Source: a virus (lineage: Duplodnaviria; Heunggongvirae; Uroviricota; Caudoviricetes). From it: a DNA stretch of 26,947 nt. Both the position numbers and the translations under genes were made by a program. Positions 8,099 to 17,504 of this stretch are shown in pieces (position 1 is the first letter of the stretch; the number at the start of each line of letters is the position of its first letter). The stretch spans positions 1 through 26,947 of the IMG/VR virus record IMGVR_UViG_2744054854_000001. One strand, written 5' to 3'. The notes under the pieces were generated by a model. The model had not been told where the DNA came from and did no database searches. It worked only from the letters and a program-made list of their open reading frames with translations.

Positions 8099-8608
8099 AT
8101 GTTTGATTACAAAATTTCCAAACATCCGCATTTTGATGAAGCCTGTAGAACTTTTGCACTACGTCACAATATGGCGAAGCTGGCAGAACGTGCAGGAATG
8201 AATGTTCAGACACTGAGAAACAAACTCAACCCAGATCAACCGCATCAGCTCACCGCACCAGAAATCTGGCTGCTTACCGATCTGACTGAAGATTCAACGC
8301 TGGTAGATGGTTTTCTGGCTCAGATTCACTGCCTGCCATGCGTACCGATTAATGAGGTGGCAAAAGAGAAACTGCCACATTACGTCATGAGTGCAACCGC
8401 AGAGATCGGGCGTGTTGCTGCAGGTGCGGTATCTGGCGATGTAAAAACCAGTGCAGGTCGTCGTGATGCTATCAGCAGCATTAACTCTGTAACACGACTG
8501 ATGGCGTTGGCTGCTGTTTCATTGCAGGCCCGTTTACAGGCTAACCCTGCGATGGCGAGTGCAGTTGATACCGTGACTGGCCTCGGTGCTTCATTCGGTT
8601 TGCTGTGA
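8099..8608 (+). CDS. cII: CII-like lysogeny establishment regulator (186 type)
   Basis: 169-aa ORF MFDYKISKHPHFDEACRTFALRHNMAKLAERAGMNVQTLRNKLNP... closely matching recalled 186 CII; GGTGG RBS. Confidence 0.8.
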   Translation: MFDYKISKHPHFDEACRTFALRHNMAKLAERAGMNVQTLRNKLNPDQPHQLTAPEIWLLTDLTEDSTLVDGFLAQIHCLPCVPINEVAKEKLPHYVMSATAEIGRVAAGAVSGDVKTSAGRRDAISSINSVTRLMALAAVSLQARLQANPAMASAVDTVTGLGASFGLL

Positions 8609-8615
8609 GGTGCTT

Positions 8616-8816
8616 ATGCTGACGAAAGAACCATCATTTGCATCGCTGCTGGTAAAGCAAAGCCCGGCAATGCACTACGGTCACGGCTGGATCATGGGTG
8701 AGGATGGAAAACGCTGGCATCCGTGCCGTTCACAAGATGAATTGCTGGCAGAACTATCTACGAAGAAACGGGGGAACAAATGGCTATTGAAGGCGCTGCG
8801 GCGACTGTTCCATTAA
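8616..8816 (+). CDS. hypothetical early protein (fil-position)
   Basis: Open frame with GAGG RBS 6 nt upstream of ATG 8616 (ORF track gives an upstream in-frame start at 8586); no recognised motif. Confidence 0.35.
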   Translation: MLTKEPSFASLLVKQSPAMHYGHGWIMGEDGKRWHPCRSQDELLAELSTKKRGNKWLLKALRRLFH

Positions 8817-9121
8817 GCCCCGGTGAACGCCTGAATGGACTTAATCACATTGCGGAGTTAAGGGCGAAAGTATTTGGCCTGAATATTGAGTCAGAGCTTG
8901 AGCGGTTTATTAAAGATATGCGTGATCCACGGGATATCAATAACGAACAAAATAAACGAGCACTGGCTGCCATATTCTTTATGGCAAAAATTCCAGCTGA
9001 ACGTCATAGCATCAGCATTAATGAGCTGACCACTGACGAAAAGCGGGAGTTGATTAAAGCAATGAATCATTTTCGTGCAGTGGTGAGCTTATTTCCCAGA
9101 CGGCTAACCATGCCGAATTAA
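8780..9121 (+). CDS. hypothetical early protein
   Basis: 113-aa ORF with G-rich RBS; overlaps upstream ORF; function not recognisable. Confidence 0.4.
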   Translation: MAIEGAAATVPLSPGERLNGLNHIAELRAKVFGLNIESELERFIKDMRDPRDINNEQNKRALAAIFFMAKIPAERHSISINELTTDEKRELIKAMNHFRAVVSLFPRRLTMPN

Positions 9122-9188
9122 CCAACTAATGAAATTCATGGCGTAAACCCGCCGGGCATCCCTTTATCTAAATTCAGGAGAATTGACA

Positions 9189-9422
9189 ATGCGTAATATT
9201 GAAACCCGCGCCACTAAAACCGGACCGGATGATGCAGGGCTTAATCTTTTACTGACAGAGGCTCGTCTGGAAGAACGCCGGGCAAGGGCTGAAGCAATGG
9301 CTGCCCGCCTTGATAGTCTTGCGTGTCATATCACATCCCGCCAGCTAAACCACGTCGAAGCGGCAGAACTGCTGCGTGTGACCGCTGAAGCAATCCAGAA
9401 CGAAGCGCAGGAGATCCACTAA
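9189..9422 (+). CDS. hypothetical early protein
   Basis: ATG at 9189 preceded by AGGAG; stop overlaps the next start (TAATG). Confidence 0.4.
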   Translation: MRNIETRATKTGPDDAGLNLLLTEARLEERRARAEAMAARLDSLACHITSRQLNHVEAAELLRVTAEAIQNEAQEIH

Positions 9423-9547
9423 TGGCTGATGCAATGGATCTCGTACAGCAGCGCGTTGAAGAAGAACGCCAGCGCCATAAAAAATGCATTACCTGTCAGG
9501 AAATCGCAGAGCTGAAAGGCAAACATTACAACGGAGGTGCTGTATGA
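9422..9547 (+). CDS. small ORF (41 aa) resembling the C-terminal half of a TraR/DksA-type zinc-finger protein
   Basis: [41 protein letters not shown]; single CxxC followed by K-H-Y as at the C-terminus of TraR-type proteins; start overlaps upstream stop, stop overlaps dam start (ATGA). Not in the ORF track (short). Confidence 0.3.
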   Translation: MADAMDLVQQRVEEERQRHKKCITCQEIAELKGKHYNGGAV

Positions 9548-10398
9548 GCACCATCCTGAAATGGGCGGGAAATAAAACCGCCATAATGTCCGAACTGAAA
9601 AAGCATCTTCCTGCTGGCCCGCGACTGGTTGAACCTTTCGCGGGTTCCTGTGCAGTGATGATGGAGACGGATTACCCCAGCTATCTTGTTGCGGATATTA
9701 ATCCTGATTTAATCAACCTCTATAAAAAGGTTGCTGCTGATTGTGAGGCGTTTATATCTCGTGCCAGAGCTTTATTTGAGGAAGCAAACAGGGAGGTGGC
9801 TTATTACAACATAAGGCAGGAGTTTAATTACTCCACTGAAATTACTGATTTCATGAAAGCGGTATATTTCCTGTATCTCAATCGTCACGGTTACCGTGGT
9901 TTATGTCGCTATAACAAGAGCGGGCATTTCAACATTCCCTACGGTAATTATAAAAATCCGTATTTCCCTGAAAAAGAAATTCGCGCATTTGCAGAAAAAG
10001 CCCAGCGGGCAACGTTTATCTGCGCCAGCTTTGATGAAACGCTGGCGATGTTGAAGGCGGGGGATGTGGTGTATTGCGATCCGCCGTATGACGGTACGTT
10101 TTCCGGCTATCACACTGATGGTTTCACTGAAGATGACCAGTATCACCTGGCATCCGTTCTTGAACATCGAGCATCTGAAGGACATCCGGTCATTGTTTCT
10201 AACAGTGACACGTCTTTGACCCGGTCTCTTTATCGTAATTTCACTCACCACTACATCAGGGCGAAACGCAGCATCGGCGTTGCAGCGGGGGAGGGAAAAT
10301 TTGCAACAGAGATGATTGCCACTAAATCTGCTAATTGGTTTAGTGCCGATTTTAGTAGGGGACGTGACTCTACTGTTATTTTCGGGGTGCAAGTGTGA
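9544..10398 (+). CDS. dam: DNA adenine methyltransferase (Dam-like, predicted GATC N6-adenine MTase)
   Basis: Start ATG 9544 (track 9484); LKWAGNK, EPFAGS (AdoMet binding), [15 protein letters not shown] and DPPY motifs collinear with E. coli Dam. Confidence 0.9.
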   Translation: MSTILKWAGNKTAIMSELKKHLPAGPRLVEPFAGSCAVMMETDYPSYLVADINPDLINLYKKVAADCEAFISRARALFEEANREVAYYNIRQEFNYSTEITDFMKAVYFLYLNRHGYRGLCRYNKSGHFNIPYGNYKNPYFPEKEIRAFAEKAQRATFICASFDETLAMLKAGDVVYCDPPYDGTFSGYHTDGFTEDDQYHLASVLEHRASEGHPVIVSNSDTSLTRSLYRNFTHHYIRAKRSIGVAAGEGKFATEMIATKSANWFSADFSRGRDSTVIFGVQV

Positions 10399-11225
10399 AA
10401 GAAATGCACCACGGAATTCATCATTTCCATGGGACGCCTGTCTGGGGAAGTGCTGGCGACGTTCATCGTATTGCGGTGAGCGGAGCTGGCGCTTTCGTCT
10501 CCTATGTACGACCAGATCAGATTGCGGCGTCCATTCAGCACGCTCAGGTCGTCGGCATTGATAACGGCGCATTTTCTGCATGGGTGCGTGGGCTAAAAAT
10601 TAACTGGAGTGATTTTTATAAATGGCTCCTGAACTATTACCACCATCCTAAGGTCGCTTTTTTTGTCATTCCTGATGTTGTGGACGGCGGTGAACGTGAC
10701 AATGATGCCCTGATAAACGAAGTTCCGAAAATGTTCTACGGGAAGGCAACTCCCGTCTGGCATCTGCACGAGTCAATCGATCGGCTTATCGAGCTATGTC
10801 GTGAATGGCCTCGTGTCTGCTTTGGATCGTCTGGTGAATATGCGGCTATCAGAACTGCGCACTGGCATCGTCGTATGCAGGACGCTTTTGAAGCAATTTA
10901 TTGCCGACACAATTTCAAAACAGCTGTTCATGGTTTGCGCATGCTTGACGGTCGTGTGTTGGGAAATTACCCACTGGCGACTGCCGACAGTACAAATCTT
11001 GCCTGCAATGTCCCCAAATTTAATAGCAAATATCCTGAGCTTACGCGGGCTATTCAGGAGGCTGAGTATTCGCGCAATCTGACGGAAAAGGAGCTGAAAG
11101 CTGTCATTCTGAAAAACCGTTGCGCAATTTTAAAAGGTGCAATTGAAGCTGTTCGCCCACCTTCAGTTTCTGATTGGCTGTCGAATGGTTTGCAGCCTTC
11201 ACAGCTCGAACTGGAGATTGCGTAA
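10395..11225 (+). CDS. TGT-like (tRNA-guanine transglycosylase fold) protein, candidate DpdA-type DNA base-exchange enzyme
   Basis: 276-aa ORF overlapping dam stop and gene A start; ordered motifs GIDNGAF (cf. TGT DSGGFQ), FFVIPD, CFGSSGE (cf. GLAVGE), HGLRMLDG (cf. LMGVGKP) and ADST (cf. FDCVMPT nucleophile Asp); no C-terminal Zn-binding CxCxxC. CDS confidence is high; functional call is tentative. Confidence 0.55.
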   Translation: MKEMHHGIHHFHGTPVWGSAGDVHRIAVSGAGAFVSYVRPDQIAASIQHAQVVGIDNGAFSAWVRGLKINWSDFYKWLLNYYHHPKVAFFVIPDVVDGGERDNDALINEVPKMFYGKATPVWHLHESIDRLIELCREWPRVCFGSSGEYAAIRTAHWHRRMQDAFEAIYCRHNFKTAVHGLRMLDGRVLGNYPLATADSTNLACNVPKFNSKYPELTRAIQEAEYSRNLTEKELKAVILKNRCAILKGAIEAVRPPSVSDWLSNGLQPSQLELEIA

Positions 11226-13576
11226 TGAACTACAGCTATTCCTGGAATGCTGAGAAAAAAGCAATCAATCCTTACGTAGAGACAGAAGAGCAATCTTCAG
11301 TTTCTGCGCTTTCAAACCTGATCGCTCTGTACGCTGCCGATAACGAGCAGGAACACCTGCGCCGCGAGGTACTGAGTGATCAGGTCTGGGAGCGTTATTT
11401 CTTTAATGAATCCCGTGATCCTGTCCAGCGCGAAATGGAGCAGGATAAGCTCATTAGTCGGGCAAAGCTGGCGCATGAGCAGCAGCGTTTTAACCCGGAC
11501 ATGGTCATTCTGGCAGACGTCAGCGCCCAGCCCTCCCATATCAGCAAGCCGCTGATGCAACGTATTGAATACTTCAGCAGCCTGGGCAGGCCAAAGGCTT
11601 ATTCCCGCTATTTACGTGAGACGATTAAGCCATGTCTGGAACGACTGGAGCATGTACGCGACAGCCAGCTATCTGCATCTTTTCGTTTTATGGCAAGCCA
11701 TGTAGGGCTGGACGACCTGCTGATTCTGCCTGAAATGAGTCAGGATCAGGTGAAACGCCTGTCTACCCTTGTCGCTGCGCATATGAGCATGTGCCTTGAT
11801 GCAGCTTGTGGTGATTTGTATGCCACCGATGACGTTAAGCCAGAAGAAATCCGCAAGACATGGGAAAAGGTGGCAGCGGAAACCCTGCGTCTGGATGTCA
11901 TCCCGCCTGCGTTTGAGCAACTCCGCCGGAAAAGAAACCGCCGTAAACCCGTGCCCTATGAACTCATTCCGGGTTCGCTGGCGCGTATGTTGTGCGCCGA
12001 CTGGTGGTACCGGAAATTATGGAAGATGCGTTGCGAATGGCGGGAAGAGCAGTTGCGTGCTGTCTGCCTGGTCAGCAAAAAAGCATCTCCCTATGTCAGC
12101 TATGAAGCCGTGATGCATAAACGTGAGCAGCGCCGTAAGTCGCTGGAGTTTTTTCGTTCTCATGAACTGGTGAACGAAGACGGCGACACGCTGGACATGG
12201 AGGATGTGGTAAACGCCAGCAGCAGCAACCCTGCGCATCGCCGCAATGAGATGATGGCCTGTGTTAAAGGCCTGGAGCTTATCGCGGAAATGCGTGGTGA
12301 CTGCGCCGTTTTCTACACCATTACCTGTCCGTCACGTTTCCATTCCACGCTCAATAACGGCAGACCAAACCCAACCTGGACAAATGCGACGGTAAGACAA
12401 AGCAGCGATTATCTGGTCGGCATGTTTGCTGCATTTCGTAAGGCGATGCACAAAGCCGGGTTGCGCTGGTATGGCGTGCGGGTGGCTGAGCCGCATCATG
12501 ACGGTACGGTTCACTGGCACCTGTTGTGTTTCATGCGCAAAAAAGACCGCCGTGCCATTACTGCATTGTTGCGTAAGTTTGCCATCCGTGAAGACCGCGA
12601 GGAACTGGGTAATAACACTGGGCCGCGCTTTAAGTCTGAGTTGATTAACCCGCGCAAAGGTACGCCAACAAGCTACATCGCGAAATACATCAGTAAGAAC
12701 ATTGACGGGCGTGGTCTGGCTGGCGAGATCAGCAAGGAAACGGGGAAATCCCTTCGTGATAATGCTGAATACGTTAATGCCTGGGCGTCTCTGCATCGTG
12801 TTCAGCAATTCCGCTTCTTTGGCATTCCGGGGCGTCAGGCTTACCGTGAACTGCGATTGCTGGCTGGTCAGGCGGCAAGGCAACAGGGGGACAAAAAAGC
12901 AGGTGCGCCGGTACTGGATAACCCGCGCCTTGATGCCATCCTGGCTGCTGCTGATGCTGGTTGTTTTGCCACCTACATCATGAAGCAGGGCGGCGTACTG
13001 GTTCCCCGCAAATATCACTTGATCAGAACCGCTTATGAAATCAATGAAGAGCCGACCGCCTATGGCGATCACGGTATTCGTATTTATGGCATCTGGTCAC
13101 CCATTGCAGAGGGCAAGATCTGCACTCATGCAGTGAAGTGGAAAATGGTTCGTAAAGCCGTTGACGTTCAGGAGGCGGTAGCCGACCAGGGCGCTTGCGC
13201 CCCTTGGACTCGTGGCAATAACTGTCCCCCTGTTGAAAATCTGAACAAATCAGGGGGTGATTTGCCAGATATTAAAACCATGAATGAGCAGGAACTGCAC
13301 GATTACCTCCACAATATGGGCCAGAAGGAACGCCGGGAGCTGACAGCCAGGTTAAGACTGGTAAAACCGAAGCGGAAAAAAGCATTCAAACAGAGTATTT
13401 CGGAGCAGCAGCGCCTGCAGCTTGAGGCAGAACTGACTGCCAGAGGGTTTGAAGGTAGTGCATCTGAGATTGATTTGCTTCTGCGTGGTGGCAGCATTCC
13501 GTCAGGTGCCGGGCTACGGATTTTTTACCGCAACCATCGACTGCAGGAAGATGACAAATGGCGCCAGTGGTACTGA
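11225..13576 (+). CDS. A: replication initiation endonuclease gpA (rolling-circle initiator)
   Basis: Start ATG 11225 overlapping upstream stop (track start 11174); HUH motif HWHLLCF and tyrosine motif YIAKYISKN; size and position as P2/186 A. Confidence 0.9.
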   Translation: MNYSYSWNAEKKAINPYVETEEQSSVSALSNLIALYAADNEQEHLRREVLSDQVWERYFFNESRDPVQREMEQDKLISRAKLAHEQQRFNPDMVILADVSAQPSHISKPLMQRIEYFSSLGRPKAYSRYLRETIKPCLERLEHVRDSQLSASFRFMASHVGLDDLLILPEMSQDQVKRLSTLVAAHMSMCLDAACGDLYATDDVKPEEIRKTWEKVAAETLRLDVIPPAFEQLRRKRNRRKPVPYELIPGSLARMLCADWWYRKLWKMRCEWREEQLRAVCLVSKKASPYVSYEAVMHKREQRRKSLEFFRSHELVNEDGDTLDMEDVVNASSSNPAHRRNEMMACVKGLELIAEMRGDCAVFYTITCPSRFHSTLNNGRPNPTWTNATVRQSSDYLVGMFAAFRKAMHKAGLRWYGVRVAEPHHDGTVHWHLLCFMRKKDRRAITALLRKFAIREDREELGNNTGPRFKSELINPRKGTPTSYIAKYISKNIDGRGLAGEISKETGKSLRDNAEYVNAWASLHRVQQFRFFGIPGRQAYRELRLLAGQAARQQGDKKAGAPVLDNPRLDAILAAADAGCFATYIMKQGGVLVPRKYHLIRTAYEINEEPTAYGDHGIRIYGIWSPIAEGKICTHAVKWKMVRKAVDVQEAVADQGACAPWTRGNNCPPVENLNKSGGDLPDIKTMNEQELHDYLHNMGQKERRELTARLRLVKPKRKKAFKQSISEQQRLQLEAELTARGFEGSASEIDLLLRGGSIPSGAGLRIFYRNHRLQEDDKWRQWY

Positions 13577-13672
13577 CGGCAAGGCTTTAACAATTCATGC
13601 TCTTAACGACCATCGTAAGAACGTTCTCATTGACGGATAAAAAATATTTTACTTTTGGATATCAGGGGTATA

Positions 13673-13688
13673 CTGTATATATAAACAG
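13673..13688 (+). promoter_or_regulatory. LexA box (SOS operator) of the prophage SOS/antirepressor operon
   Basis: CTGTATATATAAACAG (CTGT-N8-ACAG, flanked TA...TG) overlapping TATACT -10-like hexamer at 13669-13674; TTGACG at 13630-13635 upstream. Confidence 0.75.
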
Positions 13689-13737
13689 TGGATATGCATA
13701 CAGTTAACGCATGTCCGGGGTCGTGATAGGAGGGAAG

Positions 13738-13926
13738 ATGCAGGACTATCTTTTGGAGTCGTTGAAGCTCCAGCGCATTGATTTTTTTATTAAGCTTGTA
13801 GCGGCTAGTGAGTGCAGCGACGAAGAAAAGCGGCTGGCTATCCAGTGGGTGTCTGAATTGACCGACGAGCTGATGGCGAAAATCCGCAGCCATGAATACT
13901 GCCGGTCAATGGACGTAACCAGTTAA
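13738..13926 (+). CDS. small SOS-operon protein, candidate Tum-type antirepressor N-terminal part
   Basis: ATG 13738 with strong AGGAGG RBS (track start 13711); first ORF downstream of LexA box; position equals tum of 186. Confidence 0.45.
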   Translation: MQDYLLESLKLQRIDFFIKLVAASECSDEEKRLAIQWVSELTDELMAKIRSHEYCRSMDVTS

Positions 13927-13937
13927 GGGAAATCTGT

Positions 13938-14171
13938 ATGCGCATTGAAATAATGATCGATAAAGAGCAGAAGATTAGCCAGGCTACACTGGACGCCCTT
14001 GAATCCGAGCTTTACCGTAATTTGCGCCCTCTGTATCCCAAAACAGCAATTCGTATCCGTAAGGGCAGTGCCAACGGCGTTGAGCTGAGCGGGTTAAAAC
14101 TGGATGAAGATAAAAAGCGAGTGATGGAAATAATGCAGCAGGTCTGGGAGGACGACAGCTGGTTACATTAG
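13938..14171 (+). CDS. DinI-family protein
   Basis: 77-aa ORF MRIEIMIDKEQKISQATLDALESELYRNLRPLYP...KRVMEIMQQVWEDDSW collinear with recalled E. coli DinI (MRIEVTI...ALAGELSRRIQ...QRISEILQETWESADDW). Confidence 0.75.
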   Translation: MRIEIMIDKEQKISQATLDALESELYRNLRPLYPKTAIRIRKGSANGVELSGLKLDEDKKRVMEIMQQVWEDDSWLH

Positions 14172-14305
14172 CGAACGTTGCGGACGATAAAACTGGTTTT
14201 TACCGTCCGCAAGGTTGAACAACGAGCCACGCGAGGCGTTAGTGCTGTTGTGCATGTCTATGCCGCATGAAATCGCATGATCGTTTGAGGATCGTTTTTG
14301 CTCAG

Positions 14306-14332
14306 GCCCGCCAGAACTGGCGGGCTTTTGCT
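14306..14332 (+). terminator. rho-independent terminator after the SOS operon
   Basis: GCCCGCCAG-AACT-CTGGCGGGC followed by TTTTG. Confidence 0.6.
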
Positions 14333-14374
14333 TATGTCATGCAGGTGCATGAAAACCACTACACAAAGCGGGCA

Positions 14375-14393
14375 GGCGTGGCGGGGATACGAG
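14375..14393. other. candidate cos site (cohesive end region)
   Basis: GGCGTGGCGGGGATACGAG resembles the 19-nt cohesive ends of P2/186 as recalled (GGCG-GGCGGGGA...); located in the non-coding region just beyond the 3' end of portal gene Q, as in P2. Exact ends not verifiable here. Confidence 0.4.
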
Positions 14394-14463
14394 CGCGCGC
14401 AACGGGGTAAAATGGCCAAAATCCGGCACAGCCTCTGGCCCGCTGGCGGCCTCATTTAGTGGA

Positions 14464-14473
14464 GGGGGGGGGG
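14464..14473. repeat. G10 homopolymer tract in the cos-proximal intergenic region
   Basis: Ten consecutive G read directly at 14464-14473. Confidence 0.9.
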
Positions 14474-14555
14474 AGATTCAGGGCAAAAAGAAACGCCCCG
14501 CAGAATGCTGCTGAGGCGTTGTGAGAGTTGGTCGGGTTTTGATGTTATGAGTATG

Positions 14556-15599
14556 TCAGCCTCGTTTGCCCTTAAGCCCTAAGTCATAAGCTTCAAAACG
14601 GATCACCTCTTCATTCAGCCAGTCATTCAGCTCCTGCAGTCGCTTTTGCAGTGGCATCAGTTCATTGCGGACGAAGACACGGCTCGCTTTTTCCACATCA
14701 CCAAAGCCGCCAGTGTTGTTGGGAATGATGCCCATCATTTGCGGCGGTACGCGGTGAGCCGCCATCATGTCATCGCGGCTGACGTTCTTGATGTTCAGAA
14801 ATTCATCCTTCGCCGCGACTTCCGACAACGGGATAATCTGAATGCCATCTTTTTTGCCGTTAGGCGAGTACATAAACAGGTTGCGGAAGTTGCCCGGCCC
14901 TTTAGCACTTTTCATTGCCTTGCGGATGTTGTTCACATCCTCCTGGTTCTGCGCGGCGTCGGTCATGTACATGATGAAGCCTGCGTGGCTGCCGTTAATG
15001 TAATACTTGCGGCGGAACAGCGTGGCGGATTCGTTGAGCAGAGCTGACGGAATGGCAGAAAGGTAACCCGGCAGACCATAAATCTCCTGGTTGATATCCG
15101 GCTCCATCAGGTGGAAGACGTTACCTTTTGTGAACTGATACGGCTGTGTCGTCAGGCTGTATTGCACAAACCAGTATGTTTCAAGGTCAAGCCCGCGCCG
15201 GGTGTATTTTGCCAGTGCAGGCTCCAGCGAAATAACTTCACCAAAGCGATTCGTGCGCTTCTCCAGATAGGCGTTACCAAAAACCAGATAGTCCTGCACA
15301 AAACGGGTAAATGCCTGCTGGCTGAGAAGGCGATGTGGAATATAGGTACTGCTGATGATGTCACGTTTAACACTGATCGGGGAGCTGTGGTGCACGGCGG
15401 CGCGGAAGGTTCGTGCCAGTCCGTCAAAACTGACGGGCGGCTCATACCAGCGATCCATCTGTACGCATTCCACATAGTCCAGCAGTTCGCGGCGGTCCAG
15501 TACAGGAATGGGATCACCAAAGCTGAAAGCCTCAGCAACGGGTTTTTTAGTTTCTTCTGCAGTTACGGTTTCGCCTGGCGCGATATGTTCTTTCATCAA
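14556..15599 (-). CDS. Q: portal protein gpQ
   Basis: 347-aa ORF, 4-nt overlap with terminase gene P; size and position as P2 Q next to cos. Confidence 0.85.
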   Translation of the reverse strand: MMKEHIAPGETVTAEETKKPVAEAFSFGDPIPVLDRRELLDYVECVQMDRWYEPPVSFDGLARTFRAAVHHSSPISVKRDIISSTYIPHRLLSQQAFTRFVQDYLVFGNAYLEKRTNRFGEVISLEPALAKYTRRGLDLETYWFVQYSLTTQPYQFTKGNVFHLMEPDINQEIYGLPGYLSAIPSALLNESATLFRRKYYINGSHAGFIMYMTDAAQNQEDVNNIRKAMKSAKGPGNFRNLFMYSPNGKKDGIQIIPLSEVAAKDEFLNIKNVSRDDMMAAHRVPPQMMGIIPNNTGGFGDVEKASRVFVRNELMPLQKRLQELNDWLNEEVIRFEAYDLGLKGKRG

Positions 15600-17362
15600 A
15601 AAATCTCCACAATATTGCTGGTATTGGCGGACTCGCCCTGCAGCGGTTCGTTAAACAGTGCGTGCATGGTTGCCCATGCCAGATCGGCATGGCTGGCTTC
15701 TTCGCTGCGGCTGGCTTCGTAGGTCGGGCGGTTGCCACTGGCGGTGGTGGCGCGACGGATTGCCATGAATGACTGCGCAATGTCGGTATGTCCGGCGTCA
15801 AACTCCAGACGGCGGTGGCTGATAATGTCGTAGGCCTTGAGTACCAGGGCGTTTTTAACGTTGGGGTTGTAGACAAACTCCCGGACGGCAGGAAAGAACG
15901 CTTTCACGTTCTCGTAAACCCCGTGACCGACGCCGGTTGAGTCGATACCGATATAGGTCACGTTGTACTGTTCAGTCAGTTTTTTGATGGCGTCCGCCTG
16001 GGCGCGGAAGTCCATCCCGCGCCACTGGTGACGCTCAAGAATGCGAAACTTACCGCCCGGCACGGCTGGCGGAGCCACCACCACGCATCCGGCGCTGTCG
16101 CCGTTCTGCGTACCTTTTGCCGGGTCATAACCGATCCACACTTCGCGCCAGCCAAACGGGCGCAGGGCCAGTGCATGAAAGTCGGTCCAGACTTCCCAAC
16201 TGTCCACCATGCACGCCTGCAGCTCGCTGAGCGGGAACACAGATGCGAGATCGTCAACGAACTCGCACATCAGCAGGTTCTGGTATTCGTCCGGGCTGTA
16301 CTCCATGCGCAACTGGTCGAGGTCGAACAGGTTACAGCCGCCGCGCACCGCATCTTCCACGGTGACTATCTGGCGGTATTGCCCGTCTGCGCACAGCAGG
16401 CCGGGGGCCAGATTGCTGTGGGACAGGTCGATGTCCACCTTGTCGGCTTTGTTGCGCCCACGGTTGAACAGCGCACCGGACCAGAACGGATAAGCACTGT
16501 GTGTCAGGCTGGATGGCGTGGAAAAATAGGTCTGTCGCCATTTCTTGTGAATAGCCATACCGGAAGCCACTTTGCGCAGCTCCTGGAATTTCGGTATCCA
16601 GAAATATTCATCCAGATACAGGTTGCCGTGGTAACTCTGGGCCGTGCGGGCATTGGTGCCGAGGAAATACAGTGTGGCCCCGTTGGGAAGCACCATCGGA
16701 TCGCCTTTCAGCTCCACCTCCACTTCTTTGGCGAAGTCGATGATGTACTGCTTAAAGACGTGAGCCTGTGCCTTACTGGCAGAAAGGAAAATCTGGTTAC
16801 GTCCGGTAAGCAGGGCGTCAATCAGGGCTTCACGGGCAAAGTAAAAGGTCGCACCGATCTGGCGTGACTTCAGCAGGTTGCGGATGCGGTTGGTTTTTCC
16901 GGCTTCCCACCAGTGGCGCTGATAGTTGAACATGGAGGAATGGAAGATTTCTTCCAGCTTCTCAATCTGTTCATCGGTGAAAACGTTCTTTTCCGGCTGA
17001 CGACGCGGGCCTTTGTTGCGGTTGGCGACGTTAGGGTTTAAGTCGGCTTCGTTGCCGCCATTGTTAAACTTGCCGATCCGCGCATGGCGCTCCGACTGGC
17101 GCGCCAGCAGGTCAATCTCTTTGAAATCTTTCCCTTCTTTGTGCTCCTTCATAATGAGCTGGCAGTAGCGTGCGGCGGTGGTGAGCTGCATCTGATCCAG
17201 CGGCCCATAGTCACCCCACTTGTCGCGTTTTTTCCAGCTGTGAACGGTTGCAACTTTCTCGCCCAGCATTTCAGCAATGCGGGCTACGCGGTATCCCTGA
17301 AAGTACAGCAGCATGGCCTGCCGACGGGGATCGAGATCTGCGGGTGTCAGTGTGGTGTTCAT
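15596..17362 (-). CDS. P: terminase large (ATPase) subunit gpP
   Basis: 588-aa ORF upstream of Q on the same strand; length and order as P2 P. Confidence 0.85.
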   Translation of the reverse strand: MNTTLTPADLDPRRQAMLLYFQGYRVARIAEMLGEKVATVHSWKKRDKWGDYGPLDQMQLTTAARYCQLIMKEHKEGKDFKEIDLLARQSERHARIGKFNNGGNEADLNPNVANRNKGPRRQPEKNVFTDEQIEKLEEIFHSSMFNYQRHWWEAGKTNRIRNLLKSRQIGATFYFAREALIDALLTGRNQIFLSASKAQAHVFKQYIIDFAKEVEVELKGDPMVLPNGATLYFLGTNARTAQSYHGNLYLDEYFWIPKFQELRKVASGMAIHKKWRQTYFSTPSSLTHSAYPFWSGALFNRGRNKADKVDIDLSHSNLAPGLLCADGQYRQIVTVEDAVRGGCNLFDLDQLRMEYSPDEYQNLLMCEFVDDLASVFPLSELQACMVDSWEVWTDFHALALRPFGWREVWIGYDPAKGTQNGDSAGCVVVAPPAVPGGKFRILERHQWRGMDFRAQADAIKKLTEQYNVTYIGIDSTGVGHGVYENVKAFFPAVREFVYNPNVKNALVLKAYDIISHRRLEFDAGHTDIAQSFMAIRRATTASGNRPTYEASRSEEASHADLAWATMHALFNEPLQGESANTSNIVEIF

Positions 17363-17407
17363 GGCACAAACCTACAGCCTTGAATGAAGGCTTTCCCCGC
17401 CTGCGGT

Positions 17408-17425
17408 TTGTGTGGCTGTCGGTAC
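17408..17425. promoter_or_regulatory. TGT-N12-ACA late-promoter activator (Ogr/B-type) site in the P/O divergent promoter region
   Basis: TGTGTGGCTGTCGGTACA in the 142-bp gap between divergent P and O. Confidence 0.45.
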
Positions 17426-17504
17426 AAATACCGCTCATTGTTTCACTGCCCCCATCACCGCAACCATAAGGCTCCAGTAAGTTTTTTCTAACGGAGCACG
17501 GCTC

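Noticed and set aside
9901-10581. 226-aa minus-strand ORF
   Set aside because: Antisense to dam and the TGT-like gene; dam motifs on the plus strand are unambiguous.
12332-13072. 246-aa minus-strand ORF
   Set aside because: Lies entirely inside replication gene A on the opposite strand; A is supported by HUH and tyrosine motifs, so this is a shadow ORF.
14258-14455. 65-aa minus-strand ORF
   Set aside because: Lies in the cos/terminator intergenic region overlapping the terminator hairpin; no RBS.
16028-16867. 279-aa plus-strand ORF
   Set aside because: Antisense to the terminase large subunit gene P; no independent start context or motif; shadow ORF in GC-rich coding DNA.
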